Source: Nemertoderma westbladi
Lineage: Eukaryota; Animalia; Xenacoelomorpha
Assembly (NCBI GenBank): GCA_032718475.1
Contig: JAUCBJ010008109.1
Location: 86,407-150,406, forward strand
DNA length: 64,000 nt
Direction of reading: 5' to 3'
The number at the start of each line of letters is the position of its first letter. Within the stretch, counting starts at the first letter, position 1. A model generated the notes under the pieces. That model ran no database searches. It saw only the letters and a list, made by a program, of their open reading frames with translations, and was not told the origin of the DNA. The translations under genes and the position numbers were made by a program. This document shows positions 1 through 15,634 of this stretch, piece by piece.

Positions 1-3000
1 ATGGATGTAAAACAAAGGGATGGACTCACAGTTACAATGGATGTTAAACAAAGGGATGGACTCACAGTTACAATGGATGTAAAACAAAGGGATGGATAGA
101 CTCATAGTTACAATGGATGTAAAACAAAGGGATGGACTCACAGTTACAATGGATGTAAAACAAAGGGATGGACTCACAGTTACAATGGATGTAAAACAAA
201 GGGATGGAATCACAGTTACAATGGATGTAAAACAAAGGGATGGACTCACAGTTACAATGGATGTTAAACAAAGGGATGGACTCACAGTTACAATGGATGT
301 AAAACAAAGGGATGGACTCACAGTTACAATGGATGTAAAACAAAGGGATGGACTCACAGTTACAATGGATGTAAAACAAAGGGATGGACTCACAGTTACA
401 ATGGATGTAAAACAAAGGGATGGATAGACTCACAGTTACAATGGATGTTAAACAAAGGGATGGATAGACTCACAGTTACAATGGAGTGGATGTTAAACAA
501 AGGGATGGACTCACAGTTACAATGGATGTAAAACAAAGGGATGGACTCACAGTTACAATGGATGTAAAACAAAGGGATGGACTCACAGTTACAATGGATG
601 TAAAACAAAGGGATGGATAGACTCACAGTTACAATGGATGTTAAACAAAGGGATGGATAGACTCATAGTTACAATGGATGTAAAACAAAGGGATGGACTC
701 ACAGTTACAATGGATGTAAAACAAAGGGATGGACTCACAGTTACAATGGATGTAAAACAAAGGGATGGACTCACAGTTACAATGGATGTAAAACAAAGGG
801 ATGGATAGACTCACAGTTACAATGGATGTTAAACAAAGGGATGGATAGACTCATAGTTACAATGGATGTAAAACAAAGGGATGGACTCACAGTTACAATG
901 GATGTAAAACAAAGGGATGGACTCACAGTTACAATGGATGTAAAACAAAGGGATGGACTCACAGTTACAATGGATGTAAAACAAAGGGATGGATAGACTC
1001 ATAGTTACAATGGATGTAAAACAAAGGGATGGACTCACAGTTACAATGGATGTTAAACAAAGGGATGGACTCACAGTTACAATGGATGTAAAACAAAGGG
1101 ATGGATAGACTCATAGTTACAATGGATGTAAAACAAAGGGATGGACTCACAGTTACAATGGATGTAAAACAAAGGGATGGACTCACAGTTACAATGGATG
1201 TAAAACAAAGGGATGGAATCACAGTTACAATGGATGTAAAACAAAGGGATGGACTCACAGTTACAATGGATGTTAAACAAAGGGATGGATAGACTCACAG
1301 TTACAATGGATGTAAAACAAAGGGATGGATAGACTCACAGTTACAATGGATGTAAAACAAAGGGATGGACTCACAGTTACAATGGATGTAAAACAAAGGG
1401 ATGGACTCACAGTTACAATGGATGTTAAACAAAGGGATGGACTCACAGTTACAATGGATGTTAAACAAAGGGATAAACTCACAGTTACAATGGATGTTAA
1501 ACAAAGGGATGGACTCACAGTTACAATGGATTGCATGTAAAACAAAGGGATGGACTCACAGTTACAATGGAGTGGATGTAAAACAAAGGGATGGACTCAC
1601 AGTTACAATGGATGTTAAACAAAGGGATGGACTCACAGTTACAATAGATTGCATGTAAAACAAAGGGATGGACTCACAGTTACAATGGATGTAAAACAAA
1701 GGGATGGACTCACAGTTACAATGGATGTTAAACAAAGGGATGGACTCACAGTTACAATGGATGTTAAACAAAGGGATGGACTCACAGTTACAATGGATGT
1801 TAAACAAAGGGATGGACTCACAGTTACAATGGATGTTAAACAAAGGGATGGACTCACAGTTACAATGGATGTTAAACAAAGGGATGGACTCACAGTTACA
1901 ATGGATGTTAAACAAAGGGATGGACTCACAGTTACAATGGATGTTAAACAAAGGGATGGACTCACAGTTACAATAGAGTGGATGTTAAACAAAGGGATAG
2001 ACTCACAGTTACAATGGATGTAAAACAAAGGGATGGACTCACAGTTACAATGGATGTAAAACAAAGGGATGGACTCACAGTTACAATGGATGTTAAACAA
2101 AGGGATGGACTCACAGTTACAATGGATGTAAAACAAAGGGATGGATAGACTCATAGTTACAATGGATGTAAAACAAAGGGATGGACTCACAGTTACAATG
2201 GATGTAAAACAAAGGGATAGACTCACAGTTACAATGGATGTAAAACAAAGGGATGGACTCACAGTTACAATGGATGTTAAACAAAGGGATGGACTCACAG
2301 TTACAATGGATGTAAAACAAAGGGATGGACTCACAGTTACAATGGATGTTAAACAAAGGGATGGACTCACAGTTACAATGGATGTTAAACAAAGGGATGG
2401 ACTCACAGTTACAATGGATGTAAAACAAAGGGATGGATAGACTCATAGTTACAATGGATGTTAAACAAAGGGATAGACTCACAGTTACAATGGATGTAAA
2501 ACAAAGGGATGGACTCACAGTTACAATGGATGTAAAACAAAGGGATGGACTCACAGTTACAATGGATGTTAAACAAAGGGATGGACTCACAGTTACAATG
2601 GATGTAAAACAAAGGGATGGACTCACAGTTACAATGGATGTTAAACAAAGGGATGGACTCACAGTTACAATGGATGTTAAACAAAGGGATGGACTCACAG
2701 TTACAATGGATGTAAAACAAAGGGATGGATAGACTCATAGTTACAATGGATGTTAAACAAAGGGATGGACTCACAGTTACAATGGATGTAAAACAAAGGG
2801 ATGGATAGACTCATAGTTACAATGGATGTTAAACAAAGGGATGGACTCACAGTTACAATGGATGTAAAACAAAGGGATGGACTCACAGTTACAATGGATG
2901 TTAAACAAAGGGATGGACTCACAGTTACAATGGATGTTAAACAAAGGGATGGACTCACAGTTATAATGGATGTTAAACAAAGGGATGGATAGACTCACAG

Positions 3001-6000
3001 TTACAGTGGATGTTAAACAAAGGGATGGACTCACAGTTACAATGGATGTTAAACAAAGGGATGGACTCACAGTTACAATGGATGTTAAACAAAGGGATGG
3101 ATAGACTCATAGTTACAATGGATGTAAAACAAAGGGATGGATAGACTCACAGTTACAATGGAGTGGATGTTAAACAAAGGGATGGACTCACAGTTACAAT
3201 GGATGTTAAACAAAGGGATGGACTCACAGTTACAATGGATGTTAAACAAAGGGATGGACTCACAGTTACAATGGATGTTAAACAAAGGGATGGACTCACA
3301 GTTACAATGGATGTTAAACAAAGGGATGGATAGACTCACAGTTACAATGGATGTTAAACAAAGGGATGGATAGACTCATAGTTACAATGGATGTAAAACA
3401 AAGGGATGGATAGACTCACAGTTACAATGGAGTGGATGTTAAACAAAGGGATGGACTCACAGTTACAATGGATGTTAAACAAAGGGATGGACTCACAGTT
3501 ACAATGGATGTTAAACAAAGGGATGGATAGACTCACAGTTACAATGGATGTTAAACAAAGGGATGGATAGACTCATAGTTACAATGGATGTAAAACAAAG
3601 GGATGGATAGACTCACAGTTACAATGGAGTGGATGTTAAACAAAGGGATGGACTCACAGTTACAATGGATGTTAAACAAAGGGATGGATAGACTCACAGT
3701 TACAATGGATGTTAAACAAAGGGATGGATAGACTCACAGTTACAATGGATGTTAAACAAAGGGATGGATAGACTCATAGTTACAATGGATGTAAAACAAA
3801 GGGATAGACTCACAGTTACAATGGATGTTAAACAAAGGGATAGACTCACAGTTACAATGGATGTAAAACAAATGGATAGACTCATAGTTACAATGGATGT
3901 AAAACAAAGGGATGGACTCACAGTTACAATGGAGTGGATGTTAAACAAAGGGATGGATAGACTCACAGTTACAATGGATGTTAAACAAAGGGATGGACTC
4001 ACAGTTACAATGGATGTTAAACAAAGGGATGGACTCACAGTTACAATGGATGTAAAACAAAGGGATGGACTCACAGTTACAATGGATGTTAAACAAAGGG
4101 ATGGACTCACAGTTACAATGGATGTAAAACAAAGGGATGGATAGACTCACATTTACAATGGATGTTAAACAAAGGGATGGACTCACAGTTACAATGGATG
4201 TAAAACAAAGGGATGGATAGACTCACAGTTACAATGGATGTTAAACAAAGGGATGGACTCACAGTTACAATGGATGTTAAACAAAGGGATGGACTCACAG
4301 TTACAATGGATGTAAAACAAAGGGATGGATAGACTCACAGTTACAATGGATGTTAAACAAAGGGATGGATAGACTCACAGTTACAATGGATGTTAAACAA
4401 AGGGATGGACACATAGTTACAATGGATGTAAAACAAAGGGATGGATAGACTCACAGTTACAATGGATGTTAAACAAAGGGATGGACTCACAGTTACAATG
4501 GATGTTAAACAAAGGGATGGACTCACAGTTACAATGGATGTAAAACAAAGGGATGGACTCACAGTTACAATGGATGTAAAACAAAGGGATGGACTAATAG
4601 TTACAATGGATGTAAAACAAAGGGATGGATAGACTCACAGTTACAATGGATGTTAAACAAAGGGATGGATAGACTCACAGTTACAATGGATGTTAAACAA
4701 AGGGATGGACTCACAGTTACAATGGATGTTAAACAAAGGGATGGACACACAGTTACAATGGATGTAAAACAAAGGGATGGATAGACTCATAGTTACAATG
4801 GATGTAAAACAAAGGGATGGACTCACAGTTACAATGGATGTAAAACAAAGGGATGGACTCACAGTTACAATGGAGTGGATGTTAAACAAAGGGATAGACT
4901 CACAGTTACAATGGAGTGGATGTTAAACAAAGGGATGGACTCACAGTTACAATGGATGTAAAACAAAGGGATAGACTCATAGTTACAATGGATGTAAAAC
5001 AAAGGGATGGACTCACAGTTACAATGGATGTAAAACAAAGGGATGGACTCATAGTTACAATGGATGTAAAACAAAGGGATGGATAGACTCACAGTTACAA
5101 TGGATGTTAAACAAAGGGATGGATAGACTCATAGTTACAATGGATGTTAAACAAAGGGATGGACTCACAGTTACAATGGATGTTAAACAAAGGGATGGAC
5201 TCACAGTTACAATGGAGTGGATGTTAAACAAAGGGATAGACTCACAGTTACAATGGATGTTAAACAAAGGGATGGACTCACAGTTACAATGGATGTAAAA
5301 CAAAGGGATGGACTCATAGTTACAATGGATGTAAAACAAAGGGATGGATAGACTCACAGTTACAATGGATGTTAAACAAAGGGATGGATAGACTCATAGT
5401 TACAATGGATGTTAAACAAAGGGATGGACTCACAGTTACAATGGATGTTAAACAAAGGGATGGACTCACAGTTACAATGGAGTGGATGTTAAACAAAGGG
5501 ATGGACTCACAGTTACAATGGATGTAAAACAAAGGGATGGACTCACAGTTACAATGGATGTTAAACAAAGGGATGGACTCACAGTTACAATGGATGTAAA
5601 ACAAAGGGATGGACTCACAGTTACAATGGAGTGGATGTTAAACAAAGGGATGGACTCACAGTTACAATGGATGTAAAACAAAGGGATGGACTCACAGTTA
5701 CAATGGATGTAAAACAAAGGGATGGACTCACAGTTACAATGGATGTAAAACAAAGGGATGGACTCACAGTTACAATGGATGTAAAACAAAGGGATGGACT
5801 CACAGTTACAATGGATGTTAAACAAAGGGATGGACTCACAGTTACAATGGATGTAAAACAAAGGGATGGACTCACAGTTACAATGGAGTGGATGTTAAAC
5901 AAAGGGATGGACTCACAGTTACAATGGATGTAAAACAAAGGGATGGACTCACAGTTACAATGGATGTAAAACAAAGGGATGGACTCACAGTTACAATGGA

Positions 6001-9000
6001 GTGGATGTTAAACAAAGGGATGGACTCACAGTTACAATGGATGTAAAACAAAGGGATGGACTCACAGTTACACTGGATGTTAAACAAAGGGATGGACTCA
6101 CAGTTACAATGGAGTGGATGTTAAACAAAGGGATAGACTCACAGTTACAATGGATGTTAAACAAAGGGATGGACTCACAGTTACAATGGATGTTAAACAA
6201 AGGGATGGACTCACAGTTACAATGGATGTTAAACAAAGGGATGGACTCACAGTTACAATGGATGTAAAACAAAGGGATGGACTCACAGTTACAATGGATG
6301 TAAAACAAAGGGATGGACTCACAGTTACAATGGATGTTAAACAAAGGGATGGACTCACAGTTACAATGGATGTAAAACAAAGGGATGGACTCACAGTTAC
6401 AATGGATGTAAAACAAAGGGATGGACTCACAGTTACAATGGATGTTAAACAAAGGGATGGACTCACAGTTACAATGGATGTTAAACAAAGGGATGGACTC
6501 ACAGTTACAATGGATGTAAAACAAAGGGATGGACTCACAGTTACAATGGATGTAAAACAAAGGGATGGACTCACAGTTACAATGGATGTTAAACAAAGGG
6601 ATGGACTCACAGTTACAATGGATGTAAAACAAAGGGATGGACTCACAGTTACAATGGATGTTAAACAAAGGGATGGACTCACAGTTACAATGGATGTTAA
6701 ACAAAGGGATGGACTCACAGTTACAATGGATGTTAAACAAAGGGATGGACTCACAGTTACAATGGATGTAAAACAAAGGGATGGACTCACAGTTACAATG
6801 GATGTTAAACAAAGGGATGGACTCACAGTTACAATGGATGTAAAACAAAGGGATGGACTCACAGTTACAATGGATGTAAAACAAAGGGATGGACTCACAG
6901 TTACAATGGATGTTAAACAAAGGGATGGACTCACAGTTACAATGGAGTGGATGTTAAACAAAGGGATGGACTCACAGTTACAATGGATGTTAAACAAAGG
7001 GATGGACTCACAGTTACAATGGAGTGGATGTTAAACAAAGGGATGGACTCACAGTTACAATGGATGTAAAACAAAGGGATGGACTCACAGTTACAATGGA
7101 TGTTAAACAAAGGGATGGACTCACAGTTACAATGGATGTAAAACAAAGGGATGGACTCACAGTTACAATGGATGTTAAACAAAGGGATGGACTCATAGTT
7201 ACAATGGATGTAAAACAAAGGGATGGATAGACTCACAGTTACAATGGATGTTAAACAAAGGGATGGACTCACAGTTACAATGGATGTTAAACAAAGGGAT
7301 GGACTCATAGTTACAATGGATGTAAAACAAAGGGATGGACTCACAGTTACAATGGATGTAAAACAAAGGGATGGATAGACTCACAGTTACAATGGATGTT
7401 AAACAAAGGGATGGACTCACAGTTACAATGGATGTTAAACAAAGGGATGGACTCATAGTTACAATGGATGTAAAACAAAGGGATGGATAGACTCACAGTT
7501 ACAATGGATGTTAAACAAAGGGATGGACTCACAGTTACAATGGATGTTAAACAAAGGGATGGACTCACAGTTACAATGGATGTTAAACAAAGGGATGGAC
7601 TCACAGTTACAATGGATGTTAAACAAAGGGATGGATAGACTCACAGTTACAATGGATGTTAAACAAAGGGATGGACTCACAGTTACAATGGATGTTAAAC
7701 AAAGGGATGGACTCATAGTTACAATGGATGTTAAACAAAGGGATGGACTCACAGTTACAATGGATGTTAAACAAAGGGATGGATAGACTCACAGTTACAA
7801 TGGATGTTAAACAAAGGGATGGACTCACAGTTACAATGGATGTAAAACAAAGGGATGGACTCACAGTTACAATGGATGTAAAACAAAGGGATGGATAGAC
7901 TCACAGTTACAATGGATGTTAAACAAAGGGATGGACTCATAGTTACAATGGATGTTAAACAAAGGGATGGACTCACAGTTACAATGGATGTTAAACAAAG
8001 GGATGGATAGACTCACAGTTACAATGGATGTTAAACAAAGGGATGGACTCATAGTTACAATGGATGTAAAACAAAGGGATGGACTCACAGTTACAATGGA
8101 TGTAAAACAAAGGGATGGATAGACTCACAGTTACAATGGATGTTAAACAAAGGGATGGACTCACAGTTACAATGGATGTTAAACAAAGGGATGGACTCAC
8201 AGTTACAATGGATGTAAAACAAAGGGATGGATAGACTCACAGTTACAATGGATGTTAAACAAAGGGATGGACTCACAGTTACAATGGATGTTAAACAAAG
8301 GGATGGACTCATAGTTACAATGGATGTAAAACAAAGGGATGGATAGACTCACAGTTACAATGGATGTTAAACAAAGGGATGGACTCACAGTTACAATGGA
8401 TGTTAAACAAAGGGATGGACTCACAGTTACAATGGATGTTAAACAAAGGGATGGACTCACAGTTACAATGGATGTTAAACAAAGGGATGGACTCATAGTT
8501 ACAATGGATGTAAAACAAAGGGATGGATAGACTCACAGTTACAATGGATGTTAAACAAAGGGATGGACTCACAGTTACAATGGATGTTAAACAAAGGGAT
8601 GGACTCACAGTTACAATGGATGTAAAACAAAGGGATGGATAGACTCATAGTTACAATGGATGTTAAACAAAGGGATGGACTCACAGTTACAATGGATGTT
8701 AAACAAAGGGATGGACTCACAGTTACAATGGATGTTAAACAAAGGGATGGATAGACTCATAGTTACAATGGATGTAAAACAAAGGGATGGATAGACTCAC
8801 AGTTACAATGGAGTGGATGTTAAACAAAGGGATGGACTCACAGTTACAATGGAGTGGATGTTAAACAAAGGGATGGATAGACTCACAGTTACAATGGATG
8901 TTAAACAAAGGGATGGACTCACAGTTACAATGGATGTTAAACAAAGGGATGGACTCACAGTTACAATGGATGTAAAACAAAGGGATGGACTCACAGTTAC

Positions 9001-12000
9001 AATGGATGTTAAACAAAGGGATGGACTCACAGTTACAATGGATGTAAAACAAAGGGATGGACTCACAGTTACAATGGATGTTAAACAAAGGGATGGACTC
9101 ACAGTTACAATGGATGTAAAACAAAGGGATGGATAGACTCACAGTTACAATGGATGTTAAACAAAGGGATGGACTCACAGTTACAATGGATGTTAAACAA
9201 AGGGATGGACTCACAGTTACAATGGATGTAAAACAAAGGGATGGATAGACTCACAGTTACAATGGATGTTAAACAAAGGGATGGACTCACAGTTACAATG
9301 GATGTTAAACAAAGGGATGGATAGACTCATAGTTACAATGGATGTAAAACAAAGGGATGGATAGACTCACAGTTACAATGGATGTTAAACAAAGGGATGG
9401 ACTCACAGTTACAATGGATGTTAAACAAAGGGATGGACTCATAGTTACAATGGATGTAAAACAAAGGGATGGATGGACTCACAGTTACAATGGATGTAAA
9501 ACAAAGGGATGGACTCACAGTTACAATGGATGTTAAACAAAGGGATGGACTCACAGTTACAATGGATGTTAAACAAAGGGATGGACTCACAGTTACAATG
9601 GATGTAAAACAAAGGGATGGACTCACAGTTACAATGGATGTTAAACAAAGGGATGGACTCATAGTTACAATGGATGTAAAACAAAGGGATGGATAGACTC
9701 ATAGTTACAATGGATGTTAAACAAAGGGATGGATGGACTCACAGTTACAATGGATGTTAAACAAAGGGATGGACTCACAGTTACAATGGATGTTAAACAA
9801 AGGGATGGATAGACTCATAGTTACAATGGATGTTAAACAAAGGGATGGACTCACAGTTACAATGGATGTAAAACAAAGGGATGGACTCATAGTTACAATG
9901 GATGTTAAACAAAGGGATGGATAGACTCATAGTTACAATGGATGTTAAACAAAGGGATGGACTCACAGTTACAATGGATGTAAAACAAAGGGATGGACTC
10001 ACAGTTACAATGGATGTTAAACAAAGGGATGGACTCCCAGTTACAATGGATGTTAAACAAAGGGATGGACTCACAGTTACAATGGATGTTAAACAAAGGG
10101 ATGGATAGACTCATAGTTACAATGGATGTAAAACAAAGGGATGGATAGACTCACAGTTACAATGGATGTTAAACAAAGGGATGGACTCACAGTTACATTG
10201 CATGTAAAACAAAGGGATGGATAGACTCACAGTTACAATGGATGTTAAACAAAGGGATAGACTCACAGTTACAATGGAGTGGATGTTAAACAAAGGGATG
10301 GACTCACAGTTACAATGGATGTTAAACAAAGGGATGGACTCATAGTTACAATGGATGTAAAACAAAGGGATGGATAGACTCACAGTTACAATGGATGTTA
10401 AACAAAGGGATGGACTCACAGTTACAATGGATGTTAAACAAAGGGATGGATAGACTCATAGTTACAATGGATGTAAAACAAAGGGATGGATAGACTCATA
10501 GTTACAATGGATGTAAAACAAAGGGATGGATAGACTCACAGTTACAATGGAGTGGATGTTAAACAAAGGGATGGACTCACAGTTACAATGGATGTTAAAC
10601 AAAGGGATGGACTCATAGTTACAATGGATGTTAAACAAAGGGATGGACTCACAGTTACAATGGATGTTAAACAAAGGGATGGACTCACAGTTACAATGGA
10701 GTGGATGTTAAACAAAGGGATGGACTCACAGTTACAATGGAGTGGATGTTAAACAAAGGGATGGACTCACAGTTACAATGGATGTAAAACAAAGGGATGG
10801 ACTCACAGTTACAATGGATGTTAAACAAAGGGATGGACTCATAGTTACAATGGATGTAAAACAAAGGGATGGACTCACAGTTACAATGGATGTTAAACAA
10901 AGGGATGGACTCACAGTTACAATGGATGTAAAACAAAGGGATGGACTCACAGTTACAATGGATGTTAAACAAAGGGATGGACTCACAGTTACAATGGATG
11001 TTAAACAAAGGGATGGACTCACAGTTACAATGGATGTAAAACAAAGGGATAGACTCACAGTTACAATGGATGTAAAACAAAGGGATGGACTCACAGTTAC
11101 AATGGATGTAAAACAAAGGGATGGACTCACAGTTACAATGGATGTAAAACAAAGGGATGGACTCACAGTTACAATGGATGTAAAACAAAGGGATGGACTC
11201 ACAGTTACAATGGATGTTAAACAAAGGGATGGATAGACTCATAGTTACAATGGATGTAAAACAAAGGGATGGACTCACAGTTACAATGGATGTTAAACAA
11301 AGGGATGGACTCACAGTTACAATGGATGTAAAACAAAGGGATGGACTCACAGTTACAATGGAGTGGATGTTAAACAAAGGGATGGACTCACAGTTACAAT
11401 GGATGTTAAACAAAGGGATGGATAGACTCACAGTTACAATGGATGTTAAACAAAGGGATGGATAGACTCACAGTTACAATGGATGTTAAACAAAGGGATG
11501 GATAGACTCACAGTTACAATGGATGTAAAACAAAGGGATGGATAGACTCATAGTTACAATGGATGTAAAACAAAGGGATGGATAGACTCATAGTTACAAT
11601 GGATGTTAAACAAAGGGATGGACAGACTCACAGTTACAATGGATGTTAAACAAAGGGATGGACTCACAGTTACAATGGATGTTAAACAAAGGGATGGATA
11701 GACTCACAGTTACAATGGATGTAAAACAAAGGGATGGATAGACTCATAGTTACAATGGATGTAAAACAAAGGGATGGATAGACTCATAGTTACAATGGAT
11801 GTTAAACAAAGGGATGGACAGACTCACAGTTACAATGGATGTTAAACAAAGGGATGGACTCACAGTTACAATGGATGTTAAACAAAGGGATGGACTCATA
11901 GTTACAATGGATGTTAAACAAAGGGATGGACTCACAGTTACAATGGATGTTAAACAAAGGGATGGACTCACAGTTACAATGGAGTGGATGTTAAACAAAG

Positions 12001-15000
12001 GGATGGACTCACAGTTACAATGGATGTAAAACAAAGGGATGGACTCACAGTTACAATGGAGTGGATGTTAAACAAAGGGATGGACTCACAGTTACAATGG
12101 ATGTAAAACAAAGGGATGGACTCACAGTTACAATGGAGTGGATGTTAAACAAAGGGATGGACTCACAGTTACAATGGATGTAAAACAAAGGGATGGATAG
12201 ACTCACAGTTACAATGGATGTAAAACAAAGGGATGGACTCACAGTTACAATGGAGTGGATGTTAAACAAAGGGATGGACTCACAGTTACAATGGATGTAA
12301 AACAAAGGGATGGATAGACTCACAGTTACAATGGAGTGGATGTTAAACAAAGGGATGGACTCACAGTTACAATGGATGTAAAACAAAGGGATGGACTCAC
12401 AGTTACAATTTATGTTAAACAAATGGATGGACTCACAGTTATAATGGATGTTAAACAAAGGGATGGACTCACAGTTACAATGGATGTAAAACAAAGGGAT
12501 GGACTCACAGTTACAATTTATGTTAAACAAATGGATGGACTCACAGTTACAATGGATGTAAAACAAAGGGATGGACTCACAGTTACAATGGATGTAAAAC
12601 AAAGGGATGGATAGACTCACAGTTACAATGGAGTGGATGTTAAACAAAGGGATGGACTCACAGTTACAATGGATGTAAAACAAAGGGATGGACTCACAGT
12701 TACAATTTATGTTAAACAAATGGATGGACTCACAGTTACAATGGATGTAAAACAAAGGGATGGACTCACAGTTACAATGGATGTAAAACAAAGGGATGGA
12801 CTCACAGTTACAATTTATGTTAAACAAATGGATGGACTCACAGTTACAATGGATGTAAAACAAAGGGATGGACTCACAGTTACAATGGATGTAAAACAAA
12901 GGGATGGATAGACTCACAGTTACAATGGAGTGGATGTTAAACAAAGGGATGGACTCACAGTTACAATGGATGTTAAACAAAGGGATGGACTCACAGTTAC
13001 AATGGAGTGGATGTTAAACAAAGGGATGGACTCACAGTTACAATGGATGTAAAACAAAGGGATGGACTCACAGTTACAATGGATGTTAAACAAAGGGATG
13101 GACTCACAGTTACAATGGATGTAAAACAAAGGGATGGACTCACAGTTACAATGGATGTAAAACAAAGGGATGGATAGACTCATAGTTACAATGGATGTTA
13201 AACAAAGGGATGGACTCACAGTTACAATGGATGTTAAACAAAGGGATGGACTCACAGTTACAATGGATGTTAAACAAAGGGATGGATAGACTCATAGTTA
13301 CAATGGATGTAAAACAAAGGGATGGACTCACAGTTACAATGGATGTAAAACAAAGGGATGGATAGACTCATAGTTACAATGGATGTTAAACAAAGGGATA
13401 GACTCATAGTTACAATGGATGTTAAACAAAGGGATGGACTCACAGTTACAATGGATGTTAAACAAAGGGATGGACTCACAGTTACAATGGATGTTAAACA
13501 AAGGGATGGATAGACTCATAGTTACAATGGATGTAAAACAAAGGGATGGACTCACAGTTACAATGGATGTTAAACAAAGGGATGGACTCACAGTTACAAT
13601 GGAGTGGATGTTAAACAAAGGGATGGACTCACAGTTACAATGGATGTAAAACAAAGGGATGGATAGACTCATAGTTACAATGGATGTAAAACAAAGGGAT
13701 GGATAGACTCATAGTTACAATGGATGTTAAACAAAGGGATGGACTCACAGTTACAATGGATGTTAAACAAAGGGATGGACTCATAGTTACAATGGATGTT
13801 AAACAAAGGGATGGACTCACAGTTACAATGGATGTTAAACAAAGGGATGGACTCACAGTTACAATGGAGTGGATGTTAAACAAAGGGATGGACTCACAGT
13901 TACAATGGATGTAAAACAAAGGGATGGATAGACTCATAGTTACAATGGATGTTAAACAAAGGGATGGACTCACAGTTACAATGGATGTAAAACAAAGGGA
14001 TGGACTCATAGTTACAATGGATGTTAAACAAAGGGATGGACTCACAGTTACAATGGATGTAAAACAAAGGGATGGACTCATAGTTACAATGGATGTTAAA
14101 CAAAGGGATGGACTCACAGTTACAATGGATGTAAAACAAAGGGATGGATAGACTCACAGTTACAATGGAGTGGATGTTAAACAAAGGGATGGACTCACAG
14201 TTACAATGGATGTAAAACAAAGGGATGGACTCACAGTTACAATTTATGTTAAACAAATGGATGGACTCACAGTTATAATGGATGTTAAACAAAGGGATGG
14301 ACTCACAGTTACAATGGATGTAAAACAAAGGGATGGACTCACAGTTACAATTTATGTTAAACAAATGGATGGACTCACAGTTACAATGGATGTAAAACAA
14401 AGGGATGGACTCACAGTTACAATGGATGTAAAACAAAGGGATGGATAGACTCACAGTTACAATGGAGTGGATGTTAAACAAAGGGATGGACTCACAGTTA
14501 CAATGGATGTAAAACAAAGGGATGGACTCACAGTTACAATTTATGTTAAACAAATGGATGGACTCACAGTTACAATGGATGTTAAACAAAGGGATGGACT
14601 CACAGTTACAATGGATGTTAAACAAAGGGATGGATAGACTCACAGTTACAATGGAGTGGATGTTAAACAAAGGGATGGACTCACAGTTACAATGGATGTA
14701 AAACAAAGGGATGGACTCACAGTTACAATGGATGTAAAACAAAGGGATGGACTCACAGTTACAATGGATGTAAAACAAAGGGATGGACTCACAGTTACAA
14801 TGGATGTTAAACAAAGGGATGGACTCACAGTTACAATAGATTGCATGTTAAACAAAGGGATGGACTCACAGTTACAATGGATGTTAAACAAAGGGTGGAT
14901 GGACTCACAGTTACAATGGATGTAAAACAAAGGGATAGACTCACAGTTACAATGGATGTTAAACAAAGGGATGGACTCACAGTTATAATGGATGTTAAAC

Positions 15001-15467
15001 AAAGGGATGGACTCACAGTTACAATGGATGTAAAACAAAGGGATGGACTCACAGTTACAATGGATGTAAAACAAAGGGATGGACTCACAGTTACAATGGA
15101 TGTAAAACAAAGGGATGGACTCACAGTTACAATGGCATGTAAAACAAAGGGATGGATAGACTCACAGTTACAATGGATGTTAAACAAAGGGATGGACTCA
15201 CAGTTACAATGGATGTTAAACAAAGGGATGGACTCACAGTTACAATGTTGCATGTTAAACAAAGGGATGGACTCACAGTTACAATGGATGTAAAACAAAG
15301 GGATGGACTCACAGTTACAATGGATGTTAAACAAAGGGATGGACTCACAGTTACAATGGATGTAAAACAAAGGGATGGACTCACAGTTACAATGATTGCA
15401 TGTTAAACAAAGGGATGGACTCACAGTTACAATGGATGTTAAACAAAGGGATGGACTCACAGTTACA
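1..15467 (-). repeat. 36-bp tandem satellite (about 410-420 copies, truncated by window start) with 40-bp and 41-bp variants
   Basis: Unit ATGGATGT(A/T)AAACAAAGGGATGGACTCACAGTTACA; variants carry +GATA or +GGAGT insertions. On the minus strand the unit reads TGTAACT|GTGAGTCCATCCCTTTGTTT(A/T)ACATCCAT. Confidence 0.99.
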
Positions 15468-15634
15468 CGAGGGCAAACCGAACTGGGTGCAATCGCGTTC
15501 CTCCTTATTGTCTCCAACGCAATTATTTTCCGATTGATTTCCGCCCGTCACACAAACCCGCCGGCGACTTTGGTAACTAAGTTTGCCACACGTTGTGTTG
15601 CACGGGCCCCAATCCCACCACTCGGTCCACGAAC
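15461..15634 (-). CDS. Properdin-like/TSP1 protein, coding exon 6 (TSP1 domain); not in ORF track
   Basis: CAG acceptor and GTGAGT donor, 174 nt, phase 1-1. Translates (G)SWTEWWDWGPCNTTCGKLSYQSRRRVCVTGGNQSENNCVGDNKEERDCTQFGLPSCN, with WxxWxxW, CxxTCG and RxRxC motifs. Confidence 0.92.

Noticed and set aside
68-15406. More than 100 ORFs such as (MDVKQRDGLTVT)n and (CESIPLFYIHCN)n
   Set aside because: By-products of a 36-bp unit that is open in several frames; constantly frameshifted by 40- and 41-bp variants.
1-15467. CRISPR-like array (36-bp repeat length)
   Set aside because: Head-to-tail repeats with no unique spacers and no cas genes, in a eukaryotic intron.
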